Shown here: positions 1 through 19,030 of the stretch, in pieces
Layout: every line of letters starts with the position of its first letter
How positions within the stretch are numbered: position 1 is the stretch's first letter
Origin: an uncultured bacterium
Lineage (GTDB): Bacteria > Babelota > Babeliae > Babelales > Vermiphilaceae
Assembly (NCBI GenBank): GCA_963701085.1
Contig: OY969561.1
Span: 64,001-128,000, forward strand
Direction: 5' to 3'
Length of the DNA stretch: 64,000 nucleotides
Made by a program: the position numbers and the translations under genes
The notes under the pieces: model-generated
Database searches by the model: none
What the model was told of the DNA's origin: nothing
Seen by the model: only the letters and a program-made list of their open reading frames with translations

Positions 1-296
1 TAATCGGGAAGTAATGCATAAAAGGTTGCCATTCCTTCCTTTCGTCCAGGAAACCAGCCGGCGCAGACAATGACAGTGCAGGTTGCATCGGGGCGTGATA
101 AAAAGAGGCCATGAAGGTTGAGGTTGTCAGGTGTTTTAAACGTAATTTCTGTAAATCCATGCTCTTTTAAAGATTCTCGTACTGCGATGTAATTTTTTAA
201 GAAAGAGGTTGAATAGAATTTATCCAAATTTTCAGTGCAGTGCAGGGAAAATGATAGTAATATTATGGAGCATAAGAAATAATTTTTGTGTAACAT
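1..296 (-). CDS. Alpha/beta hydrolase family protein, 5' part (runs off window start)
   Basis: Read by hand: ATG at 296, open to window edge: MLHKNYFLCSIILLSFSLHC...EITFKTPDNLNLHGLFLSRPDATCTVIVCAGWFPGRK. The F-x-T-x-D-x-x-x-L-x-G plus V-I-V-x-x-G pattern is typical of alpha/beta hydrolase N-termini. Confidence 0.6.
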   Translation of the reverse strand, partial: MLHKNYFLCSIILLSFSLHCTENLDKFYSTSFLKNYIAVRESLKEHGFTEITFKTPDNLNLHGLFLSRPDATCTVIVCAGWFPGRKEGMATFYALLPD

Positions 297-335
297 GTTT
301 GTCACTATTTTATAATTTTAAAAATGAAGTAAATT

Positions 336-1937
336 ATGAATTTTATAGCAATTATTATCAGTATAGCATTATCTCTATTTTCAACAATTGTCATGAGTTA
401 TGTATCATTAGCAACGCCGATTGGTCCATGGATTGCGCCGACACTTGTTTTTTTGGCATTGTTGATTTCACGGTTTATTACCAACATTACGACAACATCT
501 ATGGCTCATATAGTATCAGCAGGATCAATTGGTGGGATTATGGCAACCGCATGTGCGTTTTCATTTCCGACCATTTATTTTTTGGATCCAGCTCTGTTTA
601 CTCTATGGATGAAGTCCCCACTATTTTTCAGCAGCATGCTTGGTTGTTTTTCTTTTTTGGCTGGTGCATTTGGAATATTAGTAGCAGACATGTCGGAAAA
701 AACATTAGTTGATACGCAAAATTTATCATTTCCTGTGGGGCAACTGATTCATAAGATGATTGCTGCACAAAATCAGATTCGTAAAGCATATGAGTTGATG
801 GCTGGTTTTATAGCAGAAGCATTTTTTTCTTTTTTGCAAGGTGGTATTTTTTTGACGCAGGCGGTTGTACCAAAATCAGTGACGGTTTTGCCATCATGTA
901 AGTTTTTAATTTTTTCATTGCCACGCATGGTGATTAATTTTGATATTGCACCAATGATCTGGGCAATTGGTTTTGTTACCGGGCATGTTATAGCATTGCC
1001 TCTTGCAGTAGGTGCGTTTGCCAATATTGTTCTTCTTAATCCTGTGCAGCGATCATTTTTTTCTTATCTATCATCGATGGAATTTACGCTTGCATTTTGT
1101 AGTGGTATTGTTTTTTTCATTACGATGATGAGTGTTCTTTCTATGCCAAAACAAATCATTAATGGCATGAAAAATGGCATTAAAAAGATGATGAATGCAG
1201 ACAATTCCGTTATAAAGTTTTTTCATGCGCGAGATGTTTTGTTTTCTCTCTTGATTGCGGTAGGGTTGATTCTGTTTCTGTCTTATTTTAAATTTCCCTG
1301 GTATGTGCAGCTTTATCTGATTATGTGTAGTGCTATTACCACGTATCAAATTGCAGCGATTGCAGGGCGCATTGGTTTAGCGCTGTTGGGGCGGTTTGCA
1401 ACGTTTGTTATGGTGCCGGCGATGCTTATTTTTAATATTAATTATGTACATATGGTTTTCATTGCCACTTTTGTTGAAATGGCTGGTGGTGTTGCTGCTG
1501 ATGTTTTATTTGGTCGTAAGTTGGCGCAGTTGTCTGATATTTCTCGTGCAACAATGCGTAAATACCAGTTGCTTGGGTTGGTTATAGCATCGGTAAGTAT
1601 TGGAATAATTTTTTGGCTTTTGATTAATCATTTTGGGTTAGGATCACCGGAGTTGTTTGCGTATCGTGCACAATCGCGACAACTTCTTATTCAAGCCAAA
1701 CATTTTGATTATATGGTGTTGGGCTTGGGTGCTCTATTTGGTATGTTGTTACAACAGATACGCCTTAATCCGATGTTAGTATTAGGAGGGTTGTTGATGC
1801 CGCTTGATATTACGTTTGGTCTGGTTGCTGGCGGATTGTTTGCTGCCCTCTCATCTGATAAAGAGGAATGGTATCCATTTTGGTCAGGTGTTTTTGCAAG
1901 CAACTCTCTTTGTATGTTATTACGCGCGCTAAATTGA
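336..1937 (+). CDS. OPT-family oligopeptide transporter-like multi-pass membrane protein
   Basis: 533 aa, many hydrophobic segments, OPT-like motifs (AFSFPTIYFL, NLSFPVG, LFAYRAQ, LGGLLMP). Confidence 0.65.
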   Translation: MNFIAIIISIALSLFSTIVMSYVSLATPIGPWIAPTLVFLALLISRFITNITTTSMAHIVSAGSIGGIMATACAFSFPTIYFLDPALFTLWMKSPLFFSSMLGCFSFLAGAFGILVADMSEKTLVDTQNLSFPVGQLIHKMIAAQNQIRKAYELMAGFIAEAFFSFLQGGIFLTQAVVPKSVTVLPSCKFLIFSLPRMVINFDIAPMIWAIGFVTGHVIALPLAVGAFANIVLLNPVQRSFFSYLSSMEFTLAFCSGIVFFITMMSVLSMPKQIINGMKNGIKKMMNADNSVIKFFHARDVLFSLLIAVGLILFLSYFKFPWYVQLYLIMCSAITTYQIAAIAGRIGLALLGRFATFVMVPAMLIFNINYVHMVFIATFVEMAGGVAADVLFGRKLAQLSDISRATMRKYQLLGLVIASVSIGIIFWLLINHFGLGSPELFAYRAQSRQLLIQAKHFDYMVLGLGALFGMLLQQIRLNPMLVLGGLLMPLDITFGLVAGGLFAALSSDKEEWYPFWSGVFASNSLCMLLRALN

Positions 1938-1996
1938 CCTTGCTGTAGGTGCTTGCTATCCTCTCATAAAATATTTTTAACCTATGAGAGGGTGTA

Positions 1997-3205
1997 ATGA
2001 AGAATATAGCGTGTGTTTTATTTAGTTTTCTTTTTATTGTGCAGAGTGCATATGCAGAGTTTCAGTTTGATTATGATCCAATTCTTGTTGTTGTGTTAAT
2101 GGTCAAAAATGAAGAGACGGTGATGCGAGCAACCTTGCAACCATTTATTGATGGTGGCGTTGACTCGTTTTTTATTTTTGATACAGGATCAACTGATAAC
2201 ACTGTTGCGGTGACGGAAGATTTTTTTGCTGAGCATGGTGTTACGCGAGGATATATTGCGCAAGAACCATTTATTGATTTTGCTACATCACGTAACCGCG
2301 CGCTTGATCTGGCTCAAGAAAAATTCCCTCATGCAGCATTTATGGTGATGCTTGATGCCGAGTGGTATCTTAATGATGCCCGTGCATTGGTTGAATTCTG
2401 TGAACTATGTTTGTTGCGTGGTGACATGCATCTTTCTTATTTGATGCATATTGTTAATCAAGCGCTTGATTTTTATACGTGTAGATTAATTCGCTGTAAT
2501 TGTGGTGTGCGTTTTGGTGGAGTGGTGCATGAAACTGTTCTCCAATCATCTGGCGTTAAAGTTCCTGAAAATATTTTTTTTGAGTATTTACCGGAATTAA
2601 ATGGTATTGAAAAGTCAAATGCTCGGTATGTAAGAGATTGTGAATTGTTGCTCAAAGAACATCAAAAAAAGCCGTGGTGTACGCGAACATTGTTTTATCT
2701 TGCACGTACCTGCGAAGATCTTGGTGATTGGGAACAGGCATATGATTTTTATAAAATACGTGTTGAAATGGTTGGTTGGGATGAAGAAGATTTTATCGTG
2801 AAATATCGTTTAGCGCAGACAATTAAAAAGTTAGTATTGTGTTCAGAGTATGGAGGAAAGTATCAATGGTCAGAGGCGCTTGATTATTATATGCAAGCAT
2901 ACCAAATGCGTCCTCATCGCGCTGAGCCATTGGTTGAGATTGCTGACTATTATATAGCAATTGATCAAATGGCATCCGCATTCTTGTTTGCTCGCCATGC
3001 GGCTGAAATGGAATATCCGGAAAAAGATATTTTATTTGTTGAAAAGTATCTTTATAACTATTATCGCTATGAAGTTCTTGCCCGTTGTGCGTGGTATATT
3101 AATGAGTTTGAAATTGGTGAATGGGCTGCGCGCATGGCATATGAAGCGTATCCTGATTATAAATATGCCAAGATTAATATGAATTGTTATGTATCGCGTA
3201 CATAA
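1997..3205 (+). CDS. Glycosyltransferase family 2 with C-terminal TPR repeats and signal-peptide-like leader
   Basis: LMVKNEE, DTGSTDNT, DFATSRN, LDAE, GVVHE GT2 motifs; TPR-like RTLFYLARTCEDLG and RPHRAEPL; leader MKNIACVLFSFLFIVQSAYA. Confidence 0.9.
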   Translation: MKNIACVLFSFLFIVQSAYAEFQFDYDPILVVVLMVKNEETVMRATLQPFIDGGVDSFFIFDTGSTDNTVAVTEDFFAEHGVTRGYIAQEPFIDFATSRNRALDLAQEKFPHAAFMVMLDAEWYLNDARALVEFCELCLLRGDMHLSYLMHIVNQALDFYTCRLIRCNCGVRFGGVVHETVLQSSGVKVPENIFFEYLPELNGIEKSNARYVRDCELLLKEHQKKPWCTRTLFYLARTCEDLGDWEQAYDFYKIRVEMVGWDEEDFIVKYRLAQTIKKLVLCSEYGGKYQWSEALDYYMQAYQMRPHRAEPLVEIADYYIAIDQMASAFLFARHAAEMEYPEKDILFVEKYLYNYYRYEVLARCAWYINEFEIGEWAARMAYEAYPDYKYAKINMNCYVSRT

Positions 3206-3215
3206 GAGGTGTAAT

Positions 3216-3252
3216 AAACTGCCCGATATAAAAAAATATACCGGGCAGTTTT
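3216..3252. terminator. Bidirectional intrinsic terminator between convergent genes
   Basis: AAACTGCCCG...CGGGCAGTTTT inverted repeat between two stop codons. Confidence 0.75.
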
Positions 3253-3259
3253 GTTTGCT

Positions 3260-3652
3260 TTATACAGGATTTGCGACCGCAAGTAAACATACAGTAATTG
3301 AACTGTCCGGTGCCTCGCTTACAACGCCAAAGCTTACTTGATAAACCATTATGGTTGTAGAGCCGGCGCTATTTGTGCTAACTTCTGCTCCAAATGTTTC
3401 ATTGGTAGAGTGAGGAATGTTTTGTATTACAGCAATTTGAATAAACGGTGGTTGGGTAAACCAACCAACTGGGTAGGTGAAAGTTGCGCCTCCTGTTGTG
3501 TAATTTTGTTGATCAATTACATAGTTTAATTGTGATCGACTAGCCATATCGAATGTTTGTGTTGTTTGAGTTACAACTCCTGTTACCATTCCATAGCAAG
3601 GGATCATTAAAAAAGTGATGGCTGTGATAAGAATAAGTTTAAGTTGTTTCAT
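3260..3652 (-). CDS. Small secreted beta-rich protein, H-type lectin/tail-fibre-tip-like; paralog of 6287-6682
   Basis: Signal peptide MKQLKLILITAITFLMIPCYG; FTYPVGWFTQPPFIQIAV resembles the F..P.V.V motif of H-type lectin-like domains. Confidence 0.6.
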   Translation of the reverse strand: MKQLKLILITAITFLMIPCYGMVTGVVTQTTQTFDMASRSQLNYVIDQQNYTTGGATFTYPVGWFTQPPFIQIAVIQNIPHSTNETFGAEVSTNSAGSTTIMVYQVSFGVVSEAPDSSITVCLLAVANPV

Positions 3653-3679
3653 GTTTTTCCTGTTCTTTATATTATCAAT

Positions 3680-6139
<2,460 letters not shown>

Positions 6140-6198
6140 AACCCCCCTTAATGAATTTATATATATAAAACAGTATCAAATTTTTTATATGAAAAACA

Positions 6199-6240
6199 AT
6201 AATTGCACAACAATAAATTAATTTATTGTTGTGCAATTAT
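6199..6240. repeat. Perfect 42-bp palindrome between the two collagen units
   Basis: ATAATTGCACAACAATAAATT|AATTTATTGTTGTGCAATTAT; no spacer, no mismatch. Confidence 0.9.
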
Positions 6241-6286
6241 GAGCAAACTTGTGTGTATTAAACTGATAATTGATTATACAGTTTTT

Positions 6287-6682
6287 TTATACAGGGTCGG
6301 CAATTGCGAGTAAGTTTATTGTGACTGATCCGTTAGGCGCTTCACTCACAACACCAAATTGGACTACATACACCATCACTGTTGTTGCTGATAAGCTATT
6401 TGAACTAATTTCTGCTACAAATGTTTCACTCGCGGCATGTGGTGCATTTGGTTGGACAGAAACTTGTACTACCGGAGGTAGTGTAAAAATCCCAACGGGA
6501 TACGTAAAAGTGATCCCTCCAGTAGTGTAGCTTTGCGAATCGCTTATGATAAATAGTTCTTCTCGGGTTGTTGATGAAGTTATAATAATTTGCTGTATTA
6601 CTGATCCTGTCATCATGGTGCCATAACAGGAATATGTTTGTAAGGTGGCGGTTAGTATAAAAAGTTTAAAAATATTTTTCAT
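6287..6682 (-). CDS. Small secreted beta-rich protein, paralog of 3260-3652
   Basis: Start reassigned to MKNIFKLF (6682) by analogy with the paralog; shares YTTGG.TFTYPVG.FT.PP, ETF.AE, FGVVSEAP. Confidence 0.75.
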   Translation of the reverse strand: MKNIFKLFILTATLQTYSCYGTMMTGSVIQQIIITSSTTREELFIISDSQSYTTGGITFTYPVGIFTLPPVVQVSVQPNAPHAASETFVAEISSNSLSATTVMVYVVQFGVVSEAPNGSVTINLLAIADPV

Positions 6683-6702
6683 TATATTTTCCAATTTTAA
6701 GT

Positions 6703-8472
<1,770 letters not shown>

Positions 8473-8555
8473 CTACTCTCCTTTGGGTGGAATTATTAAT
8501 AATAAAAAGAAGCTAACATGACTGTTTTTACAAAGCAAATATTGATAAGCACGAA

Positions 8556-9647
8556 TTATTCTGTTGAACTTCTCCACACAAGAAATGCTTCTATAAAGTC
8601 TATGAGTTCGCCATCGAGCACTTTATCTGGTTGTGGAGATTCAAAATCGGTGCGATGATCTTTTACCATTTTATAAGGATGTAATACGTATGATCTAATT
8701 TGTGATCCCCATTCTATTTTTCTTTTTTCAATACCACTCGTGCGTTTTGCTTCTTGCTCTTCTTTCATTTTTTGAGCAAGTTTTGCGTAAAGCATTTTCA
8801 TAGCAAAGGCTTTGTTCTGTTGTTGCGAGCGTTCATTTTGACACTGTACAACAATGTTAGTTGGTAAATGGGTAATGCGAACAGCAGAATCGGTTTTATT
8901 TACGTGTTGTCCTCCAGCGCCACTTGCGCGGTAGGTATCAATACGTAAATCTTTTGGATCTATTACAACATCAAGATCAGGAACTTCTGGTGTTACCATA
9001 ATGCTGGTAAATGATGTATGGCGGCGTTTGTTTGAGTCAAAGGGTGAAATTCTGACCAAGCGATGGATTCCATGTTCACTTTTGAAGTAGCCATAAGGAT
9101 TTTTTCCGCGGATAAAGAGTGTTGCTGATTTTATGCCAGCTTCTTCTCCTGCTTGATAGTCGATAGTATCAACATGAAAATTATTGCGTTCGCAAAAGCG
9201 GTAATACATTCGCAAGAGCATATTTGCCCAGTCTTGTGACTCTGTTCCGCCTGCGCCGGCATGAATGTGTACAAAACAGTTTGATGTATCGCTGGGTTCG
9301 TTTAATAAAAGTTGTATTTTGAATGCAATAACTTTTTTACGTAGGGATGTTATTTCTGAGGATATTTTTGCGAGTTCGCTTTCGTTTTCTGCAAAAAGAT
9401 CAACGAGTTCACTGAGTTCTTTGTGGTTTTTTGTTATTTCAAGGTATTGATCACGAAGGGTACGCACTTGCTGGAGTTCTTTTGATATTTCAGTTTGTTT
9501 TGGGTTTTTCCAGAATTCCTCTTCTTGTGATGTTGTTTCAAGTGTCTGAAACTTTTTTTCCAGCTGTGCATTGTTCCAAAATGATACAATGGTCTGAATA
9601 TCAGGGATAAGGTTTTTTAGTTGTTCGTGAAGTTCATCTATAAGCAT
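8556..9647 (-). CDS. prfB: Peptide chain release factor 2
   Basis: SPF motif (RISPFDS), GGQ motif (GAGGQHVN), GSQIRSYV. Confidence 0.97.
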   Translation of the reverse strand: MLIDELHEQLKNLIPDIQTIVSFWNNAQLEKKFQTLETTSQEEEFWKNPKQTEISKELQQVRTLRDQYLEITKNHKELSELVDLFAENESELAKISSEITSLRKKVIAFKIQLLLNEPSDTSNCFVHIHAGAGGTESQDWANMLLRMYYRFCERNNFHVDTIDYQAGEEAGIKSATLFIRGKNPYGYFKSEHGIHRLVRISPFDSNKRRHTSFTSIMVTPEVPDLDVVIDPKDLRIDTYRASGAGGQHVNKTDSAVRITHLPTNIVVQCQNERSQQQNKAFAMKMLYAKLAQKMKEEQEAKRTSGIEKRKIEWGSQIRSYVLHPYKMVKDHRTDFESPQPDKVLDGELIDFIEAFLVWRSSTE

Positions 9648-9740
9648 AGAGCAGCCTTTTTTATGGTTTGTTAGTTATTGTTAGTATAGCATAGGTAGGT
9701 GGAAATGATAAATTGGCTGCCTTATATAATGCTGCCTTAT

Positions 9741-9790
9741 ATAATAAGGAAAAGGATGCCGCTTTTTGGAGACATCCTTTTCCTTATTAT
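9741..9790 (-). terminator. Stem-loop downstream of 9806-10489
   Basis: ATAATAAGGAAAAGGATG...CATCCTTTTCCTTATTAT, 18-bp inverted repeat. Confidence 0.65.
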
Positions 9791-9805
9791 TGTGAGAAAG
9801 CTATT

Positions 9806-10489
9806 TTAATTATTTTGTGCTTGTTGAGTATTTGTTGCAGCGTTATTTTGAGGTTGCTGCAGGAGTGGCAAAACAATAAATTTTTTCTGTAGTAACCATG
9901 CGCATTGAGCTACTAATCCTGCAGAAATTGCGGTAATTAGCTTTGTTCTGAATGCGGTTGAACTCAGTCCAAGTGCTTTTCCAAAGGCTGTTGGTGTGAT
10001 AACTGTTGCAAGTGCTGTAAGAATTGTATTAAAGACAAAATCATTAAGGGTGAATCCTATTGTTTCAGTGTAAGGATCAGTGTAGTAAAGTTGGTTTTGG
10101 AATAGTTCAGGATAAGCACCGCTGAGTAGTTTTTGGATGCTATTTGCATGAGCAGCATATTTTAAGCCGCTGAGGAGTGAGGCATAAGGGGATAAAGAGG
10201 GATTAGATTGTGCCATGGTTTGGACAGTTTGGATGAGTGTAGTAAAAGCTGCAGCAATTTGTACTTCTTGCATGTTTTGTTGGAGATTGGCATTTGCTTG
10301 TTGCGAGAGATTGTTTACCTCATCTTTTAATGCTTGAGCTATCATGGGGTCTAAGTTAGCTTCAGCAATAATACTATCGAGGGCTGTTTGGACTACAGCA
10401 ACTTGTGGGACGAGATTAGCACTTTGAGAGCATTGAATAGCTGAAGAAGCTCCTGTAGAACATAATAAAAGAATATAGGCGTATTTCAT
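9806..10489 (-). CDS. Hypothetical exported/membrane protein, Gln/Ala/Asn-rich
   Basis: 227 aa ORF with GGAG RBS, short leader and two C-terminal hydrophobic segments. Confidence 0.7.
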   Translation of the reverse strand: MKYAYILLLCSTGASSAIQCSQSANLVPQVAVVQTALDSIIAEANLDPMIAQALKDEVNNLSQQANANLQQNMQEVQIAAAFTTLIQTVQTMAQSNPSLSPYASLLSGLKYAAHANSIQKLLSGAYPELFQNQLYYTDPYTETIGFTLNDFVFNTILTALATVITPTAFGKALGLSSTAFRTKLITAISAGLVAQCAWLLQKKFIVLPLLQQPQNNAATNTQQAQNN

Positions 10490-10951
10490 ATAAAGTCTCC
10501 TTGTTAAAATGAAAATATTTTACTGATGTATACAAAATTGATAGGGGAGGAGTCAAGCACAAAAATATATATGTTTTTTTGTGCTTTATATATAATGATA
10601 CATATAATAGTAAAAACTCCTTTTTTTGTATCATATAGAGTGATTTTTGTTATTGGCTATTGAGGCTCTTATTGAGCGGATTGAATTTCTGATAGCTGAT
10701 GTCTTAAAAAATGTTTTTAGAGAAAAAATGAGGTTTCAGGACGATCTTTGATTGTGTTTGCGTTTTTATTGATTTAAAAAGGGATGTTTTTATAACTTTT
10801 TTTGTCTTTATATTGGATAGTAGGTGCTAGGCATAGGCATGACCAATAAAGCCCTTAAAATGTCTATTGGATCGCTATATTCATTGATAGTATACCTACT
10901 AAAAGTTTCGTATTATTCATTAAATATGGAGACTGCTGGCAGGGCTGACAC

Positions 10952-11009
10952 ATTTTTTTTTAAAAAAGTTTAAAAAAAGGGTTGACTTAGTGTGAAATAG
11001 GTTTATAAT
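10952..11009 (+). promoter_or_regulatory. rrn operon sigma70-type promoter with UP-element-like A/T tract
   Basis: TTGACT (10982-10987), 16-nt spacer, TATAAT (11004-11009); T/A tracts upstream; boxA-like TTCTTTGAAA near 11089. Confidence 0.75.
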
Positions 11010-11156
11010 TTTCAATAACAATTGATTAAAACGTTTTCAGCAACCGCGAATCAGTCGTTATTTAAAAAGATTTTGATAACATAAAAAGTTCTTTGAAATA
11101 CACAAGAAAAAGTTTCGTATCTATCGATTTTTCGGTAGGATCCCAGTTCAATTCAG

Positions 11157-12702
<1,546 letters not shown>

Positions 12703-12794
12703 CGAGGGAGATTCACGAACAATATTTTTATATTGTTCTATATAGGTGTTATTTATTACTGGGTCCTGTCGAAAAATTGATAGATACGGCTTAT

Positions 12795-12871
12795 GGGCCT
12801 ATAGCTCAGCTGGTTAGAGCATTCCGCTGATAACGGAAAGGTCAGTCGTTCGAATCGACTTAGGCCCACCA
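12795..12871 (+). tRNA. tRNA-Ile(GAT)
   Basis: Cloverleaf, anticodon arm TTCCG-CT GAT AA-CGGAA, encoded CCA. Confidence 0.97.
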
Positions 12872-13038
12872 TAAGGTTTTAATTTTAAAAAATTTCCCAA
12901 GCAGTAATGTTTGGTGGTTAAAAAATTTAACTATGCGTGGGCTATAGGCAATATTGCATACAGAGTATTGATAGTCATAGGCACATCGATGATTTTGCTC
13001 TTTATTGACAATATAGCGGTGCCCAACGTGAAAATACC

Positions 13039-13114
13039 GGGGGTGTAGCTCAGTTGGCAGAGCGACCGTTTTGCACGCGGTAGGTCAGCGGTTCGAATCC
13101 GCTCATCTCCACCA
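13039..13114 (+). tRNA. tRNA-Ala(TGC)
   Basis: Anticodon TGC, G3:U70 identity pair, encoded CCA. Confidence 0.97.
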
Positions 13115-13258
13115 AAAACCATTAGTTTTTTTCTTTCTTTAATTTTTCTTGTGTATAAAAGTCGTAAAAAATTGTTAGTAGTAATAACAAAAAATTTGTG
13201 ATCTTTGAAATATATGTATTAATGAGTGCTCAATGTTTGAGTAACCAGCAAAATTTGT

Positions 13259-16326
<3,068 letters not shown>

Positions 16327-16468
16327 TGATTATGAAAAAATTTAGGTAACTCATTCTGCATTCATTAATACATATATTCAAAGATCACGATAAGATAATA
16401 CTTTGATATAAAAAAACTTTTCAAAATTGACTAAATCTGTTAAGATTTAATCAATGAGAATAAAAAAT

Positions 16469-16584
16469 TTCTGGTGTGTATAGCTATGGGGAAACACCCG
16501 TCCCCATTCCGAATACGGTAGTAAAGTCCATAGCGCTGAGAATACTTGGTTGGTAACGGCCTGGGAAGTTAGGTAACGCCAGAA
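16469..16584 (+). rRNA. rrf: 5S rRNA
   Basis: TTCTGGTG...CACCCGTCCCCATTCCGAA...CGCCAGAA terminal helix. Confidence 0.96.
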
Positions 16585-16590
16585 TTAATT

Positions 16591-16626
16591 AAAAAAAACC
16601 CTGTCAGAAATGATGGGGTTTTTTTG
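16591..16626 (+). terminator. rrn operon terminator
   Basis: AAAAAAAACCCTGTCA-GAAA-TGATGGGGTTTTTTT. Confidence 0.9.
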
Positions 16627-16720
16627 TGTCTATTTATCCATGCCCTTGACTTGATTAGGTTCCATAGGCTACGTTTTTTTGTGTGTGGCTGGTTATGCAC
16701 ATAAAAAAAGATAGGGGCAA

Positions 16721-17812
16721 ATGATGAAAATAAAGAGTAATCGGTCTTGTCTGTTTTTAATTTTTATTTATTTTGTTTTTTCATCAACAATTCATGCACA
16801 AAAAATTCTTTTAACGGGTGGTGCCGGTTTTATTGGTAGCCATGTTGCGCAGAAATTATTAGAGCGAGGTGATTCAGTTGTTATTGTTGATAACATCAAT
16901 GATGCATATGATTATCGAATTAAAGAATATAATCTTTCGTTAGTTGTAGCGTCAGATACAAACAATCAGCTTTCAGTATATAAAATTGATATTTGCGATA
17001 GTGATGTTGTTGATCAAATATGTGCAACTGAAAGGCCTGATGTTATTTGTCATCTTGCAGCACGCGCCGGAGTACGTTCAAGTATTACCGATCCACATGA
17101 ATATTTTAGAACTAATAATGATGGAACATTGGTTGTTTTTGAAGCTGCTCGTAAGTATGGCATACAACACGTTGTAGCTGCATCAAGTAGCAGTGTGTAT
17201 GGTGTTCGTGAAGACGGACCTTTTCGTGAAACAGATTCAGTCGATAAACAGTCAAGTCCTTATGGTATGACCAAGCGTGCTGGCGAACTTTTGGCATATG
17301 TCTATCATCACCTTTTTGGTGTCTCTATAACTAATTTACGTTTTTTTACGGTATATGGCCCACGCGGCCGAACTGACATGGCCCCTTTCATTTTTATGGA
17401 TGCTATTCATAATCGTAGGCCAATTACGGTGTATGGAGATGGTAGTGCAATTCGTGATTTTACGTATGTTGATGATATTGTTCAAGGGGTTATCAGTGCC
17501 ATTGATACGCCTGCTGGATATCAAATTATTAATATTGGTCGTGGTGAGCCTATTTTATTAAATGATTTTGTGAGCGCAATAGAAAATATAGTGCAAAAAA
17601 AAGCAGATATTAATTATGTAGCAGGTTTTTCTGGTGATGTCCCCAAGACGCATGCAGCTATTGAAAAAGCACAAGAACTGTTGAATTATATGCCACAAAC
17701 ATCTGTGCGATGTGGTTTAGAAAGAATGTATGAGTGGTATAAAAATGAATATCTCTCAATAGTTCCTTATAAACAATCACTTGTATCAGAAGTCTATATT
17801 TTTGAAGATTAA
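16721..17812 (+). CDS. NAD-dependent nucleotide-sugar epimerase (UDP-glucuronate 4-epimerase-like) with signal-peptide-like extension
   Basis: TGGAGFIG, HLAARAGVR, ASSSSVYG, YGMTK, RFFTVYGPRGR.DMA, RDFTYVDDIV; 26-aa hydrophobic leader ending STIHA. Confidence 0.92.
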   Translation: MMKIKSNRSCLFLIFIYFVFSSTIHAQKILLTGGAGFIGSHVAQKLLERGDSVVIVDNINDAYDYRIKEYNLSLVVASDTNNQLSVYKIDICDSDVVDQICATERPDVICHLAARAGVRSSITDPHEYFRTNNDGTLVVFEAARKYGIQHVVAASSSSVYGVREDGPFRETDSVDKQSSPYGMTKRAGELLAYVYHHLFGVSITNLRFFTVYGPRGRTDMAPFIFMDAIHNRRPITVYGDGSAIRDFTYVDDIVQGVISAIDTPAGYQIINIGRGEPILLNDFVSAIENIVQKKADINYVAGFSGDVPKTHAAIEKAQELLNYMPQTSVRCGLERMYEWYKNEYLSIVPYKQSLVSEVYIFED

Positions 17813-17826
17813 AGACCGGTGAAGGA

Positions 17827-19005
17827 GTGTTGCATATGAGTAATAAAATTTTTAGTAACTTTTTTTCAGTTTTATGTGTTGGAATTTTATCATTTTGTTT
17901 TTATCATACAGCTTTACCTGCAGAGCAAAAAAAGCGGATGAAAATTCTTATGGTTGTTTCTACTTTTCCTCAAATTCATGAAATTTGTATGCTCAATCAA
18001 ATGACTGGTCTTATTGATAGAGGCCATGAAGTGCATATTTTTGCTTCTAACAAGGGAGATTGTACGAATATTCAAGAAGATGTTATTAAGTACGATCTTA
18101 TTAATAAAACTATTTTTAAAAAATTACCACCAAACTTGAGTGACTACGATATCATTATGTTTCAACTTGGACATAAGCTGTTTGATGTAAAAAAGAAACG
18201 TAAATTTAAAGGAAAAGTGGTTGTTTGTTTGCGTGGTTATGATATTACGGTGTTTGTAAAAAAAAATCCGCATGCATATGATAACTATTTTGATAGCTGT
18301 GATCTTTTTATGCCAGTATGTGAGGCATTTAAAAAAATAGCTGAACGCATAGGATGTAAGCCAGAGAAAATTGTTGTGCAGCATTCCGCTATTGATTGCT
18401 CAAGGTTTATATTTAAAGAAAGGAAACGGCCCAAAAAGAGTACTATCAATATAGTGAGTGCCGGAAGATTTGTAGAGAAAAAAGGTTTTGATTATGCTAT
18501 TCGTGCCATTGCACAACTTATCAAAAAGTATCCACGTATACGCTATACACTTATTGGTGATGGCGATCTCAAGCAAGAGTACGAAAAACTTATTCAAGAA
18601 TTAGATATTGCTGATAAGGTAACAATGTATGGTTGGCATGCGCATGATGAATATATTGCCATGCTTAATGAAGCGCATCTTTTTATTTTGCCGAGTATTA
18701 CTGCTCAAAATGGCGATCAAGAAGGTATTGCCAATGTTTTAAAAGAAGCCATGGCGATGGGATTGATTGTTGTTGCTACGGATCATTCTGGCAATGCAGA
18801 GCTTATTGATCATGCTGTATCAGGATTTCTTGTGCCTGAGTGTGATAGCAGTGCGATTGCCAAAGCAATTGATTACATCCTCAGTAATCCAGATAAATGG
18901 TCATCATTACAATTAGCAGCAGTTAATAAAGTTAGACAGGAGTTTGATAAAGAAAAAGAAAATGATAAATTAGAGGCCATTTTTTATACGTTGTTGGAAC
19001 AATAA
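17827..19005 (+). CDS. Glycosyltransferase family 4, WcaL-like
   Basis: RGYDI, GRFVEKKG, GDQEGIANVLKEAMAMG; hydrophobic leader. Confidence 0.92.
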   Translation: MLHMSNKIFSNFFSVLCVGILSFCFYHTALPAEQKKRMKILMVVSTFPQIHEICMLNQMTGLIDRGHEVHIFASNKGDCTNIQEDVIKYDLINKTIFKKLPPNLSDYDIIMFQLGHKLFDVKKKRKFKGKVVVCLRGYDITVFVKKNPHAYDNYFDSCDLFMPVCEAFKKIAERIGCKPEKIVVQHSAIDCSRFIFKERKRPKKSTINIVSAGRFVEKKGFDYAIRAIAQLIKKYPRIRYTLIGDGDLKQEYEKLIQELDIADKVTMYGWHAHDEYIAMLNEAHLFILPSITAQNGDQEGIANVLKEAMAMGLIVVATDHSGNAELIDHAVSGFLVPECDSSAIAKAIDYILSNPDKWSSLQLAAVNKVRQEFDKEKENDKLEAIFYTLLEQ

Positions 19006-19030
19006 ATTTTTTAACCTACATGATAAAAAA

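Noticed and set aside
209-712. 167-aa plus-strand ORF
   Set aside because: Out-of-frame overlap with the OPT-like gene and the minus-strand hydrolase; no recognisable motif.
9716-9745. 15-bp tandem duplication GCTGCCTTATATAAT x2
   Set aside because: Two copies only, next to a hairpin; probably a local slippage event with no evidence of function.
10490-10950. ncRNA or small gene in the AT-rich spacer upstream of rrn
   Set aside because: No convincing ORF, RBS or stable structure; consistent with divergent promoter DNA.
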